Shown one piece after another: positions 9,974 through 18,280 of a stretch of DNA of 64,000 nucleotides. The stretch is taken from the NCBI GenBank assembly GCA_041744215.1, contig JBGTLG010000025.1, positions 75,381 through 139,380 of the forward strand, written 5' to 3'. Position numbers and translations under genes: made by a program. This DNA is from Fimbriimonadales bacterium. GTDB lineage: Bacteria; Armatimonadota; Fimbriimonadia; Fimbriimonadales; ATM1. The stretch's first letter is position 1, and each line of letters starts with the position of its first letter. Under the pieces are notes generated by a model that saw only the letters and a program-made list of their open reading frames with translations, searched no databases and had not been told where the DNA came from.

Positions 9974-10255
9974 CGGGGGCTCGGTTCGGCGCATGGAGGA
10001 ATCTTTTTTGGCCGCGGCGAAGCAAAGGAACTGTTAGGGCATTCATCCGCCCTTTCACCTCAGCCCCGGCCAGAGCATCCCACATTGGGTCTCTTCCGGG
10101 GCGCTCCATTTGCATCCGGCCACTTGCAGCCGGACCGAGTGCCCGTCGGGGTCTCGTAGCTTCGAAGTGCGCCCGACCGGCATGCGAGGCAACCGAGAAC
10201 GCCCGAGTATCGAATCTAAGTCCTCGGATTCAAAACGCGTGCGACCGACAATTGA

Positions 10256-10564
10256 CATGGTTCGTCCTTATCGCATCTCAAGTCAACAGAAGAGCAAGAC
10301 CAATATGATCGGCTGGTTTCGGCTTGCGATGCCTTTTCGAACACTTCGCATCGCGACGTGGTGGCCTTTGCCGATGTAGTGCATAGCGGAGCCATGGTTT
10401 CATTGGCTGTCGCGACGAAGTTAAGGGCGCATTTAGACGCCCGCACGCTCACAGATTCGGACATCGCTACCGGGCTTGAGGAGATTGAAGTCGTATCAGC
10501 CACCCTCGTCGACTCGGCGAAGATGGCTGCGCAGGCGCAACTCGAGGCTTCCGACGATGGATAA
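10256..10564 (+). CDS. Short helical ORF or gene fragment; start uncertain (GTG 10358 or a frameshifted ATG near 10257)
   Basis: Frame open 10256-10564; stop overlaps the TIR start (ATGGATAA); loose resemblance to a HisKA_3 helical hairpin. Confidence 0.4.
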   Translation, partial: HGSSLSHLKSTEEQDQYDRLVSACDAFSNTSHRDVVAFADVVHSGAMVSLAVATKLRAHLDARTLTDSDIATGLEEIEVVSATLVDSAKMAAQAQLEASDDG

Positions 10565-10994
10565 AGGCAGCGCTCATAGGGCCCCTGTTCGCAAAGTCTA
10601 CATTGCTGCGAACCATAGAAATGACTTGGACTTCGCGAAAGAGCTGATGTCGCGGGCTGAACAAAGCGATCTCGAATTCAGCGTAGGGCCGCCGAGGGGC
10701 AGATACGCCGTAGGCGGCCCCGGCTCGTATGCTTTGAAGCTCACCGTTTCCCACGCCATCAATCCATGCAGCCACGTTCTGGTCGTCGTAGGAGAGCAAA
10801 CGCAGTCAGATGCTTGGGTTGATTGGGAGGTCGACCTTGCAATCAACTTGCGCAAGCGGCTGGCCGCAGTGTATCTTGATCCCAACTTTGAGCCGCCCGA
10901 TGCGCTCAAGTTCTGCGTCATCGAGTTGGCGAAGGATCGCAGCTTGGATTCGATTCGGGCTGCCATTCTTCGCGCGGACCGCGCGCGGCAGTAG
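10557..10994 (+). CDS. Stand-alone TIR-domain protein (MTH538/DUF1863, ThsB-like)
   Basis: RKVYI beta strand; CSHVLVVVGEQTQSDAWVDWEVDLA...KRLAAVYL with the conserved WxxxE glutamate. Confidence 0.82.
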   Translation: MDKGSAHRAPVRKVYIAANHRNDLDFAKELMSRAEQSDLEFSVGPPRGRYAVGGPGSYALKLTVSHAINPCSHVLVVVGEQTQSDAWVDWEVDLAINLRKRLAAVYLDPNFEPPDALKFCVIELAKDRSLDSIRAAILRADRARQ

Positions 10995-11018
10995 GAAGCG
11001 CTTTTAGCTCCCTCGTAT

Positions 11019-11092
11019 GCCTCCACCGCTTGCTCGGAGGCTACGGAGATGCGGCACCGTCTCCTGCACCCTCCACGGCAAGCGGTGGAGGG
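11019..11092. repeat. Intergenic inverted repeat, REP-like
   Basis: cctccaccgcttgc (11020-11033) is the exact reverse complement of gcaagcggtggagg (11078-11091); each arm can also form a local hairpin. Confidence 0.7.
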
Positions 11093-11129
11093 ATAAAAGT
11101 GGCGGGCGCGCAGGCGGTAACCTTGCGCC

Positions 11130-12803
11130 ATGCCTGACATCTCTTTCGACCGCTATTATCGCTATGCGGATTTGACCGCTTTGCTGGAGGCGTTCATGGC
11201 GGAGTGGCCGGATTTGGTTCGGGTGACTTCGATCGGGAAGAGCCACGAGGGGCGGATGATTTGGCTGGCGACGGTGACGAACCGGAAGACGGGGGCGGCG
11301 AAGGATAAGCCCGCGTTTTGGTGCGATGGGAACATCCATGCGAGCGAGGTGAGCGCGAGTGCGGCTGTGATGAATATCTTGTGGCAGCTTGTGACGCGGT
11401 ACGGTTCGGATGATGTGGTGCGGCGGGCTGTGGACACGCGGGCTTTTTATCTTGTTCCGCGCGTGAACCCGGACGGCGCGGAGTGGGCGCTTGCGGATGT
11501 GCCGAAGATCATTCGGAGCGGGACTCGGCCTTATCCTTGGGATGACGAGGATCTGTATGGTCTCGAGCGTCAGGATGTTGACGGGGACGGGCGGGTTTTG
11601 AATATGCGGATTCGGGATGCGAACGGGGGTTGGAAGGTTTCTGAGGATGAGCCTCGGCTTTTGAAGAAGCGGGAGCCGAGCGAGACGGGGGGCGAGTACT
11701 ACCGTGTGCTGCCTGAGGGGATTTTTCACAACTTCGACCCTTTGACGCTGAAGGGGCGTCGTGTAACGGAGGGGCTGGATTTCAACCGGAACTTCCCGAG
11801 CCAGTGGCGCGCGGAGAACGAGCAGCATGGGGCGGGGCCTTACCCGACGAGCGAGCCTGAGATTCGGGCGCTTGTTCAGGCGATTGTGGATCGGCCGAAC
11901 ATCTGTGGCGCGGTGACTTTCCATACTTTCAGCGGCGTGCACCTTCGTCCGCCGAGCACGAAGGCGGACGACGATATTCCTGCGGAGGATTTGTGGGTTT
12001 ATAAGGAGATCGGTAAGAAGGGCGAGGAGCTGACGGGGTATCCGGCGATCAGCAACTACCACGAGTTTCGGTATCACCCGAAGGAGGTGATCACGGGGGT
12101 TTTCGACGATTGGATGTTCGAGCATCGTGGGGTTTTTGCGTGGACGACGGAGATCTGGTCGCCGCAGCGTCAGGCGGGGATCACGGATTACAAGTACATC
12201 GAGTGGTTTCGGGATCATCCGCACTCTGACGACGTTGCGCTATTGAAGTGGTCGGACGAGAAGCTGGGTGGCAAGGGGCACGTGGACTGGTTCGAGTTCG
12301 ATCATCCGCAGCTTGGGAAGATTGAGTTGGGGGGCTGGGACTCGCAGTACGCTTTTCGGAATCCGCCGCCGGATTTTTTGGAGGCGGAGATTTCGCCTTT
12401 TGCGGACTGGGTGATCTGGCAGGCGCTGATTTCGCCTCGTTTGGAGGTCGCGGCTGTGGAGACTCGTGCGGTTGGCGAGGGGACTGTGATCCGTTTCGCT
12501 GTGGAGAACACGGGTTACTTGCCGAGCTATGTTTCGCGGGTTGGGCGGGACAAGAAGGTGTGTCGGGGGGTTATCGGTGAGATCGAGTTGGGGGACGGGT
12601 TGACTCTGCTTTCGGGGAAGCTTCGCGAGGAGGGTCCGCAGCTTGAGGGGCGGTCGCACTTGCCGAGCGCTGGGTTTGGTTGGCTGATGGAGGCGACGGA
12701 TAACCGGCACGTTTTCGAGTGGACTGTGTCTGGGCGAGGTCGTGTGGGGCTGGTTGGTCGGCATGACCGGGCTGGGCGGGTGTCGGTTGAGGTTGAGGTT
12801 TAG
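11130..12803 (+). CDS. M14 family zinc carboxypeptidase
   Basis: IGKSHEGR, DGNIHASE, NPDG, GLDFNRNF, SEPE, TFHTFSG. Confidence 0.93.
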   Translation: MPDISFDRYYRYADLTALLEAFMAEWPDLVRVTSIGKSHEGRMIWLATVTNRKTGAAKDKPAFWCDGNIHASEVSASAAVMNILWQLVTRYGSDDVVRRAVDTRAFYLVPRVNPDGAEWALADVPKIIRSGTRPYPWDDEDLYGLERQDVDGDGRVLNMRIRDANGGWKVSEDEPRLLKKREPSETGGEYYRVLPEGIFHNFDPLTLKGRRVTEGLDFNRNFPSQWRAENEQHGAGPYPTSEPEIRALVQAIVDRPNICGAVTFHTFSGVHLRPPSTKADDDIPAEDLWVYKEIGKKGEELTGYPAISNYHEFRYHPKEVITGVFDDWMFEHRGVFAWTTEIWSPQRQAGITDYKYIEWFRDHPHSDDVALLKWSDEKLGGKGHVDWFEFDHPQLGKIELGGWDSQYAFRNPPPDFLEAEISPFADWVIWQALISPRLEVAAVETRAVGEGTVIRFAVENTGYLPSYVSRVGRDKKVCRGVIGEIELGDGLTLLSGKLREEGPQLEGRSHLPSAGFGWLMEATDNRHVFEWTVSGRGRVGLVGRHDRAGRVSVEVEV

Positions 12804-12939
12804 GTCGAAATCTGAACGAAAAAGTGTTGGATTTCGTCCTGAGTTGAGATAGACTGGGTGCCTGGGCGACTGGCGCCCTGATTTCATTTCTTCTACGGGT
12901 CTGGCGACCCCTAAACTGAAACATGAGGGAGGATGCACA

Positions 12940-15546
12940 GTGATTGCATCAGTGTTTGCGATAATGTTGGGCCTCGGAGGGCAAGTCCCCTCCACGGCAG
13001 CTGTCGAATCGTTGGTCGTTCGCAGGGCGGGCGCGAGTTTCGAAGTTAGCCGCAACGATGGTACGCACGTTCGGACGACGAACGCGCGAGTGACGGACGG
13101 GCGATTGATCCGGCTCCCCGGTTCTTCCGGGATGGTGGCCGTCTGGAACGAGACGACCGGTCGGACGACGAAGCCTTTCTTTGGCGTTTCTCTGGACGGT
13201 GGCGAGTTCCAGCGCGTGACTGAAGCGGACGTGAAGATCCGCCTGAAGTATGCGGAGTTCGATCCGCTGGTTGCGATTCCTGCTGTGCCGACTGACTTGA
13301 AGGCGACGTCTGCGTCGAGCATGTACATCGTGCAGTTCGTTTCGCAGACCCTCGATGAGTATCGGGATGCTATTCGTAATGTCGGCGGCGAAGTTTTCAA
13401 CTATCTTCCGAGCAATGCTTACATTTGTAGGCTGACTGCGGAAGGCGCGGCATCATTGCGCAGCCAGCCGTTCGTGCGATGGGTTGGCAGCTATGAGCCT
13501 GCCTACCGTTTGGACGAGCAGCTTCGCGCTGCTCACTCGACCGGCAAGCTTCCATCGACCGCGCGCTACATCATTCAGATGCTTGGTGACGATTCAATTT
13601 TGAAGCGCCAGATCGCCATGCAGATCAGCAGTCTCGGCGGCATCGTTGAGAGTGCGCCTGACGAAGGAACTTTGCTCGAAGCGACACTCACTCCAACGCA
13701 GTTGATTGGCACGACGCACATCGACGGCGTTATGTGGGTCGAAGCATGGGGCGAGCCATCTCATGACATGGACAACGTTCGAATCGTTAGCGGCGCGAAC
13801 TACATCAATGGTTTTGGGACGTTTCGCGGCCAGGGTGTGAATGCGCATATCATCGACGGCGGCGTGCGTGCAACGCACCAAGCGTTTGCGGGCAGACTGA
13901 CAGTGCGCAGCAACAGCGGTTCGACGAGCCACGGCACAAGCACTGTTGGGTGCGTTGGCGGGAGTGGCGCGGCAAACGCTGCAGGCACGGGAATGATGCC
14001 GGACTGTGGCCTGGTTTTCTCGGTCTATTCGACCAGTTGGACAACGGCGCAGCGACTTGCGCTGACGCAAGCAACTGTGGATACGTTCCAGTGCGTTGTT
14101 GAATCCAACAGTTGGGGTAACCCTCAGACGACAGAGTACACCGCGGTCTCGTCGCAGATGGATGAGATCATCTACAAGACTGGCCTCGTGATTCTGAATT
14201 CGCAGAGCAACACTAGCAACCAGAACTCGCGGCCTCAAGCGTGGGCGAAGAACATCGTATCGATTGGCGGCATCAGCCACTTCAACAACTCAAACCTTGC
14301 TGATGATCAGTGGACTTCGGCGAGCATTGGCCCGGCGGCCGATCTCCGGATCAAGCCTGACCTGTCGTTCTACTACGATTCGATTCTTTGCACTTCAAGT
14401 GGATCCGACACTTCGTACACTACGGGGTTTGGCGGTACCAGCGCTGCTACGCCGATGACGGCGGGCGCGTTTGGGCTGTTCCATGAGATGTGGCACAAGG
14501 GGCTGTTCAACAACTCTGCGACAGGCGCGAGCGTGTTTGCAAATCGCCCTAAGGCGACAACTGCGAAGGCGTTGATGATCGCGTCGGCTCGCCAGTACAC
14601 GTTCTCTGGAACGGGTCACAACTTGTCGAGATACAAGCAAGGCTGGGGCCTGCCCAACTTGCAGAAGTTGTACGATATGCGCAACATGATGTTTTGGGAC
14701 AACGAGTCCGAGCTCTTGCAAAACTTGGAGACCAAAGCATATCGACTGTACGTTCCACCAGGTCAACCGCAGTTGAATGTGGTCATGGCTTACAACGACT
14801 ATTGGGGCACGACGTCTTCGACGCTCCACCGAATCAATGCGATTGGCCTGAAGGTTACGGGCCCGACAGGAACCGTTTGGTACGGTAACAACGGTTTGGC
14901 TGCCGGTAACTTCAGTGCTTCAGGCGGAACTTGGAACATGGTTGACAACGTTCAGTGCGTGATCTTGAATGCGCCAGCATCGGGCGTTTATACCGTGGAG
15001 GTTCGCGCGAATGAGTTGAACCAAGATGGCCACCCGGGCACGCCGGCCCTTGACTCATCGTTTGCGCTTGCCGCGTTCAACGTATCCCCATGGGCAACGC
15101 TTCAATCCGTAGTGACGAACTGGGGCGTCGAGGTCGAAACGGGACTGAGTCGAGTCACGCATAGCGACAACCTTCGCTATCGCGTTCGTGAGGCTCCTGT
15201 TCTGGCTCTCGGAGCTCCACAGGTCGACGTACTTGCTACGCTCGTCGCGCCGACTACCACTGGCAGCCAGCTCGACGTTGTCATCGAGCACCGTGCAAAC
15301 TCGATTGGAATTCAGTCGAGGGTGGAAATCTGGAACGTGGCGCAAAACCGGTGGGACCTGCTGATGTCAGGTGCTGCTCCGACGACTGACACCGTCCAAA
15401 CAGCGGTTGTGACGTCGAACGTCAACGAGTATATCGATCCATCCAGCAGAGTGATCCGGGTCCGGAGTCGCTATTATGGCGACGTCGCCGTTTCCCTTGG
15501 CTGGGTTGCCGAGATCGACCAAATCAGAGTGGGATTCCAACCCTAA
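12940..15546 (+). CDS. Secreted S8 subtilisin-like serine peptidase with propeptide and C-terminal beta domains
   Basis: Triad IIDGG / SHGT / GGTSAATP; NSWG, AKNIVSIG, RIKPDL, QGWG; GAGGGAGG SD upstream. Confidence 0.92.
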   Translation: MIASVFAIMLGLGGQVPSTAAVESLVVRRAGASFEVSRNDGTHVRTTNARVTDGRLIRLPGSSGMVAVWNETTGRTTKPFFGVSLDGGEFQRVTEADVKIRLKYAEFDPLVAIPAVPTDLKATSASSMYIVQFVSQTLDEYRDAIRNVGGEVFNYLPSNAYICRLTAEGAASLRSQPFVRWVGSYEPAYRLDEQLRAAHSTGKLPSTARYIIQMLGDDSILKRQIAMQISSLGGIVESAPDEGTLLEATLTPTQLIGTTHIDGVMWVEAWGEPSHDMDNVRIVSGANYINGFGTFRGQGVNAHIIDGGVRATHQAFAGRLTVRSNSGSTSHGTSTVGCVGGSGAANAAGTGMMPDCGLVFSVYSTSWTTAQRLALTQATVDTFQCVVESNSWGNPQTTEYTAVSSQMDEIIYKTGLVILNSQSNTSNQNSRPQAWAKNIVSIGGISHFNNSNLADDQWTSASIGPAADLRIKPDLSFYYDSILCTSSGSDTSYTTGFGGTSAATPMTAGAFGLFHEMWHKGLFNNSATGASVFANRPKATTAKALMIASARQYTFSGTGHNLSRYKQGWGLPNLQKLYDMRNMMFWDNESELLQNLETKAYRLYVPPGQPQLNVVMAYNDYWGTTSSTLHRINAIGLKVTGPTGTVWYGNNGLAAGNFSASGGTWNMVDNVQCVILNAPASGVYTVEVRANELNQDGHPGTPALDSSFALAAFNVSPWATLQSVVTNWGVEVETGLSRVTHSDNLRYRVREAPVLALGAPQVDVLATLVAPTTTGSQLDVVIEHRANSIGIQSRVEIWNVAQNRWDLLMSGAAPTTDTVQTAVVTSNVNEYIDPSSRVIRVRSRYYGDVAVSLGWVAEIDQIRVGFQP

Positions 15547-15557
15547 CTCTGAACTCT

Positions 15558-15600
15558 TGCCGCCCGTGAGCACCTCACTCACGGGCGGCATTTTTCTTTT
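15558..15600 (+). terminator. Intrinsic terminator
   Basis: tgccgcccgtgag/ctcacgggcggca 13-bp stem followed by tttttctttt. Confidence 0.9.
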
Positions 15601-15619
15601 GCAGTAGACTCTTTAACGG

Positions 15620-16645
15620 ATGAAGGCGTTTCCGATCGGTCCACACACGATTGATCCGCCGGTGCTTCTTGCGCCGATGGAGGATGTTACCGGCGCAGCT
15701 TTTCGTCTTATCACCAAACGCATCGCGAATCCAGGGCTTGTCTTCACGGAGTTTGTCAGCGCGATGGCAATACACCACAACGCGCGCAAGACAATCAAAA
15801 AGATGGTCGTTCACGACGTGGAGCGGCCGGTGGGCATCCAGATTTTTGGCGGTGAACCGGAGACGATGGCAAACGCGGCGCGGCTGTCCGTTGAGATGGG
15901 TGCAGATTTAGTCGATATCAACATGGGGTGCTGGGTTCCTAAAGTGTGCAAGACCGGTGCTGGGGCCGCGCTACTTAATGACCCAAGGGTTGCTGAGCAA
16001 ATCGTTCAGGCCGTTGTCAAAGCCGTCGACGTGCCTGTAACGGTTAAGGTGCGTGCAGGCTACCACTACGACGCTTTCACCGCGCCAGAACTCGCGAAGC
16101 GTTTCGAGCAGGCCGGAGTGAAGATGCTGACGCTTCATGCGCGGTTCGCAAAGCAAGGATTCGACGGTGAGGCTGACTGGCGACTTATAAGTGCGTTGCG
16201 CGATTCTGTTTCCATTCCGCTGATTGGAAACGGCGATGTGCGCAGCCCAGACGACGCGTTCAAAATGTTTCGTGAGACAGGCTGCGACGGCGTGATGGTC
16301 GGTCGGGCGGCGATTGGAAACCCCTGGGCACTTCGTGACATCGTCAACTCAATTCAGGGTCTCGCGAAGTCAGGCGCGCCATCGATCGATGAGCGCATAG
16401 ACGTTGCACTTGAGCATGTACGTTTGGCGATTCAATTCGAGTCTGAGGGCGACGCGAGCGGGAGTGCGCCGACCGAGCTCATTGCCATACGCAAGCTTCG
16501 CGGAGTTTTGCCGCTTTACATAAAGGGTGAACCGGGAGCGCCTGCAGTAAGGAACCGACTGACGCGGGCTGAATCTTATGATGAGATCAAGCAGATACTG
16601 TTTGATTTTAGAGCGGACACAGCATCCGATAAGATTTCGGCTTAG
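15620..16645 (+). CDS. dusB: tRNA-dihydrouridine synthase B
   Basis: LAPMEDVT, DINMGC, GAALL, VPVTVKVR, LHAR, IGNGDV, DGVMVGRA. Confidence 0.93.
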   Translation: MKAFPIGPHTIDPPVLLAPMEDVTGAAFRLITKRIANPGLVFTEFVSAMAIHHNARKTIKKMVVHDVERPVGIQIFGGEPETMANAARLSVEMGADLVDINMGCWVPKVCKTGAGAALLNDPRVAEQIVQAVVKAVDVPVTVKVRAGYHYDAFTAPELAKRFEQAGVKMLTLHARFAKQGFDGEADWRLISALRDSVSIPLIGNGDVRSPDDAFKMFRETGCDGVMVGRAAIGNPWALRDIVNSIQGLAKSGAPSIDERIDVALEHVRLAIQFESEGDASGSAPTELIAIRKLRGVLPLYIKGEPGAPAVRNRLTRAESYDEIKQILFDFRADTASDKISA

Positions 16646-16648
16646 TGG

Positions 16649-18280
16649 TCAGAATAGCCCCGATATTTGGCCAGCGCCATCGACGTCGATTTTCAGTGTG
16701 GCTGGCTCGGAGCCCAGACCGGGCATGAGCAAGATGTCACCCGATTGCGCAACCAAGAATCCGGCGCCAGCAGAGAGCTTGATGTCTCGCAATCGAATGC
16801 GAAAGTTTTTTGGTGCGCCCTTGGCCCGCGGATCCGCGCAGAAACTATATTGCGTCTTCGCGATGCAAAACGGAATGTCGCCAAATCCATTTTCTTGAGC
16901 CCAGTCGAGATGTCGCTGCGCCTCTGGCGAAAGATCGACTCCGTCCCCTCCATACCCAGTGGAGACGATAGCCTCGAGTTTCTTGAGGGCATCGTCGGAA
17001 GGCTCATAGAGTCGGCGGAAAGATGCTGGTTCCTCTGCGGCTTTGGCTACCGCCTCGCCGAGCTCAATGCATCCCTCGCCTCCGCCAGCCCAAGGATCGG
17101 CGGGGATGCATACCACACCTTGTTGACTGTATCGCTCGATGATCTGATCGAAATCTGAGTCGGTGTCGTCTGGAAAACGATTGATCGTCACAACGAGCGG
17201 AACGCCGTAAGCTTTCAGGTGTTGGATGTGTTGCTTCACGTTGGCGAATCCCGCAACGAGATCTCCATCGCCATGATGCTTGATGGCGCGAACCGTAACT
17301 ACGAGGATTACTGCATCGGGTCCGCGACCCAACGAGTGCGTTACGATGTTCATGAACTTCTCAGCACCGAGATCCGCTCCAAAGCCTGCTTCTGTTACGA
17401 CGTAGTCCGACATCCCAAGCGCGCATTCTGTCGCTATAACCGATGAGCAACCATGTGCAATGTTTCCGAACGGACCACCATGCACGAATGCTGGCCCTCT
17501 CTCCATCGTCTGAACGAGGTTTGGTCGAATTGCATCGCGCAGTAGGGCTGCCATTGCGCCGTTAACTCCCAAGTCACGTGCTGTTACAGCCTTATTGGCA
17601 GGCGTAAGCCCTGCAATGATACTGCCAAGGCGTTCCCGCAACTCTTCAAGCGATTTTGAGAGGCAAAGCACAGCCATAACTTCGCTGGCTGGCGCGACTA
17701 CAAATCCATCTTCCCGTGGGTAACCGTTGCTCTTGCCGCCCAGCCCAACAACAATGTCGCGCAAGGCGCGGTCGTTCATGTCAACCGTCCTGGGCCAAGA
17801 GATGTTTCGAACATCGAGGTCAGCTCGGTTCTTGTGCATGATCGAAGCGTCGATCATGGCGCTGAGCAGATTATGTGCGGCGCAGATGGCGGGAATATCG
17901 CCTGTGAAAAACAGATTGATGTCCTGCATTGGAAGGACTTGACTGTATCCTCCGCCCGCTGCGCCTCCTTTAACTCCGAAGATCGGGCCGAGCGCAGGTT
18001 CGCGAATAGCTGGAACCGCTTTGTATCCAAGCTTCTGCAGCGCTTGCGCCGTTCCGATGCATGTTGTGGTCTTTCCTTCACCTGCGGGCGTCGGGGTCAT
18101 TGCCGTCACGAGTATCAGCTTTCCCTGCTGTTGTGAGCGGAGTCTCGCCATTCCTTCGTAGGTTAGTTTTGCTTTGAAGTTTCCGAGTGGCTCGTAATCG
18201 CTTGTGTCGAGTCCACAAGTTTCTGCGATTTCGCTGATGGGCGAAAGCGTAGCCGCCTGAGCAATCTCCAGGTTTGTCAT
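16649..18280 (-). CDS. fhs: Formate--tetrahydrofolate ligase
   Basis: TPTPAGEGKTT, KGGAAGGGYSQ, HGGPFGNIAHG, TEAGFGADLGAEKF, AKTQYSF, MPGL. Confidence 0.97.
   Translation of the reverse strand: MTNLEIAQAATLSPISEIAETCGLDTSDYEPLGNFKAKLTYEGMARLRSQQQGKLILVTAMTPTPAGEGKTTTCIGTAQALQKLGYKAVPAIREPALGPIFGVKGGAAGGGYSQVLPMQDINLFFTGDIPAICAAHNLLSAMIDASIMHKNRADLDVRNISWPRTVDMNDRALRDIVVGLGGKSNGYPREDGFVVAPASEVMAVLCLSKSLEELRERLGSIIAGLTPANKAVTARDLGVNGAMAALLRDAIRPNLVQTMERGPAFVHGGPFGNIAHGCSSVIATECALGMSDYVVTEAGFGADLGAEKFMNIVTHSLGRGPDAVILVVTVRAIKHHGDGDLVAGFANVKQHIQHLKAYGVPLVVTINRFPDDTDSDFDQIIERYSQQGVVCIPADPWAGGGEGCIELGEAVAKAAEEPASFRRLYEPSDDALKKLEAIVSTGYGGDGVDLSPEAQRHLDWAQENGFGDIPFCIAKTQYSFCADPRAKGAPKNFRIRLRDIKLSAGAGFLVAQSGDILLMPGLGSEPATLKIDVDGAGQISGLF

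Larger units (their letters stand above)
9731..10126. repeat. Three non-coding units with a 132-bp period (conserved motif, variable core, GC hairpin); candidate sRNA array
   Basis: ggagg at 9731/9863/9995; ggcgaa at 9752/9884/10016; hairpins ccccgg..ccgggg at 9808-9834, 9934-9961, 10064-10101. Confidence 0.8.

Noticed and set aside
8818-10126. CRISPR array interpretation of the repeats
   Set aside because: No run of near-identical 25-40 bp repeats with unique equal-length spacers, and no cas genes in the window
9854-10159. 101-aa ORF with repeated GGIF.G.GE.KEL
   Set aside because: The peptide repeat follows from the 132-bp nucleotide period and the frame crosses a terminator-like hairpin; coding is not fully excluded
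10557-10994. Complete Thoeris system
   Set aside because: No ThsA-type effector gene is adjacent
11004-12224. 406-aa minus-strand ORF
   Set aside because: Shadow of the M14 gene; R/P/L-rich composition with no motifs
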